Source: an uncultured Rikenellaceae bacterium (lineage in GTDB: Bacteria; Bacteroidota; Bacteroidia; Bacteroidales; VadinHA17). From it: a DNA stretch of 64,000 nucleotides. Within the stretch, counting starts at the first letter, position 1, and every line of letters begins with the position of its first letter. Under the pieces are notes generated by a model. That model was not told the DNA's origin. It was given only the letters and a program-made list of their open reading frames with translations, and made no database searches. Position numbers and translations under genes: made by a program. Location of the stretch: the NCBI GenBank assembly GCA_964633505.1, contig CAZWHC010000001.1, positions 596,015-660,014 of the forward strand, given 5' to 3'. Below, piece by piece: positions 62,815 to 64,000 of the stretch.

Positions 62815-63966
62815 CTATAAGTCAGGAAATTCCTCATTCAGAAATGCTTTCCTGAACCATATCTCAAATGCAGGATCGAGGAAAAAATATGTTCTGCCCG
62901 ATTCTCCGATGACATCGTTGTTTATGAGCGTCATTTTATTCTTGCTTACATTCCGGGGGGTGCCGAGACGGAATTCATTCATCACCCGTGAGGAAGTAAG
63001 CTGGCTTTCTCCTGCCGCGACTGCTTTCAGAAGATTGATCTGTGTCGGGCTCATGTTTTCAGCCTGGTTCTTGTAAAATGGCATATTGGCATTCAGAAGT
63101 TCCTTCAATGAAGTAATGATATCAGTTTTTGTAACGCTTCTGCCTGTCAGGTTCCATGTATAATGAGCAAGCTGCTGGATATACCAGGGATGACACTGCA
63201 TCAGATCGGCAATCAACGCTGATTCCTCCCTTGTTATGCTTTTGCCTGTATTTTTAAAGCCTTCACAGATAAAGGCAATCCAGCTGTCCCTTTCAATTTT
63301 CGGAAGCATAATTATCTCACCAAACCTGTAAAACGGTAAGGAAGGGGTGTTGAATATATCTGTCATCATATGGCACTGACTGCCATAAATGCAGTATGTT
63401 ACAAGTTTCTGCCTCTGCCATATGGATCTCATCCTTTTTTCAAGCTCAATGTAGCCTCCGAATCCTGCTATAACCTGGAATTCGTCAAGACATACAATCA
63501 TTTTTATCTTTTTCTCCTGTGCTATCTTCTCCGGCAGGCTGAGGATCTCGTCGCTGTTCTTTTTCAGTTCCTCCCAGTCGAAACTTATGCTGAAACTGCT
63601 TACAGGATCCATGCTTACCTGAATCCTGGGGATGATGTTCCTGAATATTTTTCTGGATAACTCTATCCATTCCTGCCATTTTGACGAAGAGGCTTTTAAA
63701 ATTTCACCGGCAAATTTTTCCAGGAATTCTTCTGCGCTGTTAACAGTAAACAGGTCGATCATCGCAATCCTGATGTTTTTATGTTCCGTGCGGAGAGAGC
63801 CGGTGACAAATTCCACAAGAGATGATTTACCCCACCGCCTCGGAGATATTATAATTGTGTTTGTCCCTCCAAGCATGTTCGACTTTAGCTGTTTTACCTC
63901 CTTTTTCCGGTTTATGAATGAGCGGGAGCTTACCGTGCTCCCATAAATAAACGGTGATGTTTTCAT
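62815..63966 (-). CDS. ATP-binding protein (archaeal-type ATPase/DUF234-like)
   Basis: 383 aa. 'FINRKKEVKQLKSNM...IIISPRRWGKSSL' gives the Walker A site. 'MIVCLDEFQ' gives Walker B. Confidence 0.65.
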   Translation of the reverse strand: MKTSPFIYGSTVSSRSFINRKKEVKQLKSNMLGGTNTIIISPRRWGKSSLVEFVTGSLRTEHKNIRIAMIDLFTVNSAEEFLEKFAGEILKASSSKWQEWIELSRKIFRNIIPRIQVSMDPVSSFSISFDWEELKKNSDEILSLPEKIAQEKKIKMIVCLDEFQVIAGFGGYIELEKRMRSIWQRQKLVTYCIYGSQCHMMTDIFNTPSLPFYRFGEIIMLPKIERDSWIAFICEGFKNTGKSITREESALIADLMQCHPWYIQQLAHYTWNLTGRSVTKTDIITSLKELLNANMPFYKNQAENMSPTQINLLKAVAAGESQLTSSRVMNEFRLGTPRNVSKNKMTLINNDVIGESGRTYFFLDPAFEIWFRKAFLNEEFPDL

Positions 63967-64000
63967 ATTCCTCAGATTTATACCATCAGGTATTATACCA

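Overview
Bacteroidota-type chromosomal segment. All family names come from reading the translations and from memory. No searches were run. The left third (1-22 kb) is ordinary housekeeping: ClpS, ECF sigma/anti-sigma, M64 peptidase, transaldolase-family protein, RlmB, GWxTD protein, acyl-ACP thioesterase, ABC-F, RlmD, tRNA-Ser(GCT), a NupC-type transporter, two L,D-transpeptidases and a lone glycyl-radical enzyme. From ~22.6 kb onward the window is an accessory island, almost entirely on the minus strand. It holds 11 paralogous lipoprotein 6-bladed beta-propeller genes. It holds three intact and two decayed precursor peptide genes, each with a 26-aa double-glycine leader and a Cys-rich core. 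It also holds a C39-peptidase ABC exporter plus HlyD adaptor, a C39-like/VKOR/thioredoxin fusion, two glycosyltransferases and a LanC-like protein without Zn ligands. Together these look like a candidate disulfide-rich, possibly glycosylated, bacteriocin/RiPP system that I cannot match to a described family. It is built from repeated 'conserved 273-nt leader -> precursor -> hairpin -> propeller' cassettes. A decayed paralogous copy of the locus lies at 52-60 kb, and an IS5-family insertion splits the intact copy. A tandem RND efflux operon sits next to the exporter. Most intergenic spaces in the island, and several outside it, are filled with mosaic arrays of short hairpin-forming 'word' repeats that recur in both orientations. 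In a few places these repeats run into coding sequence, including a ~165-bp in-frame insertion in the C39 domain of the exporter.
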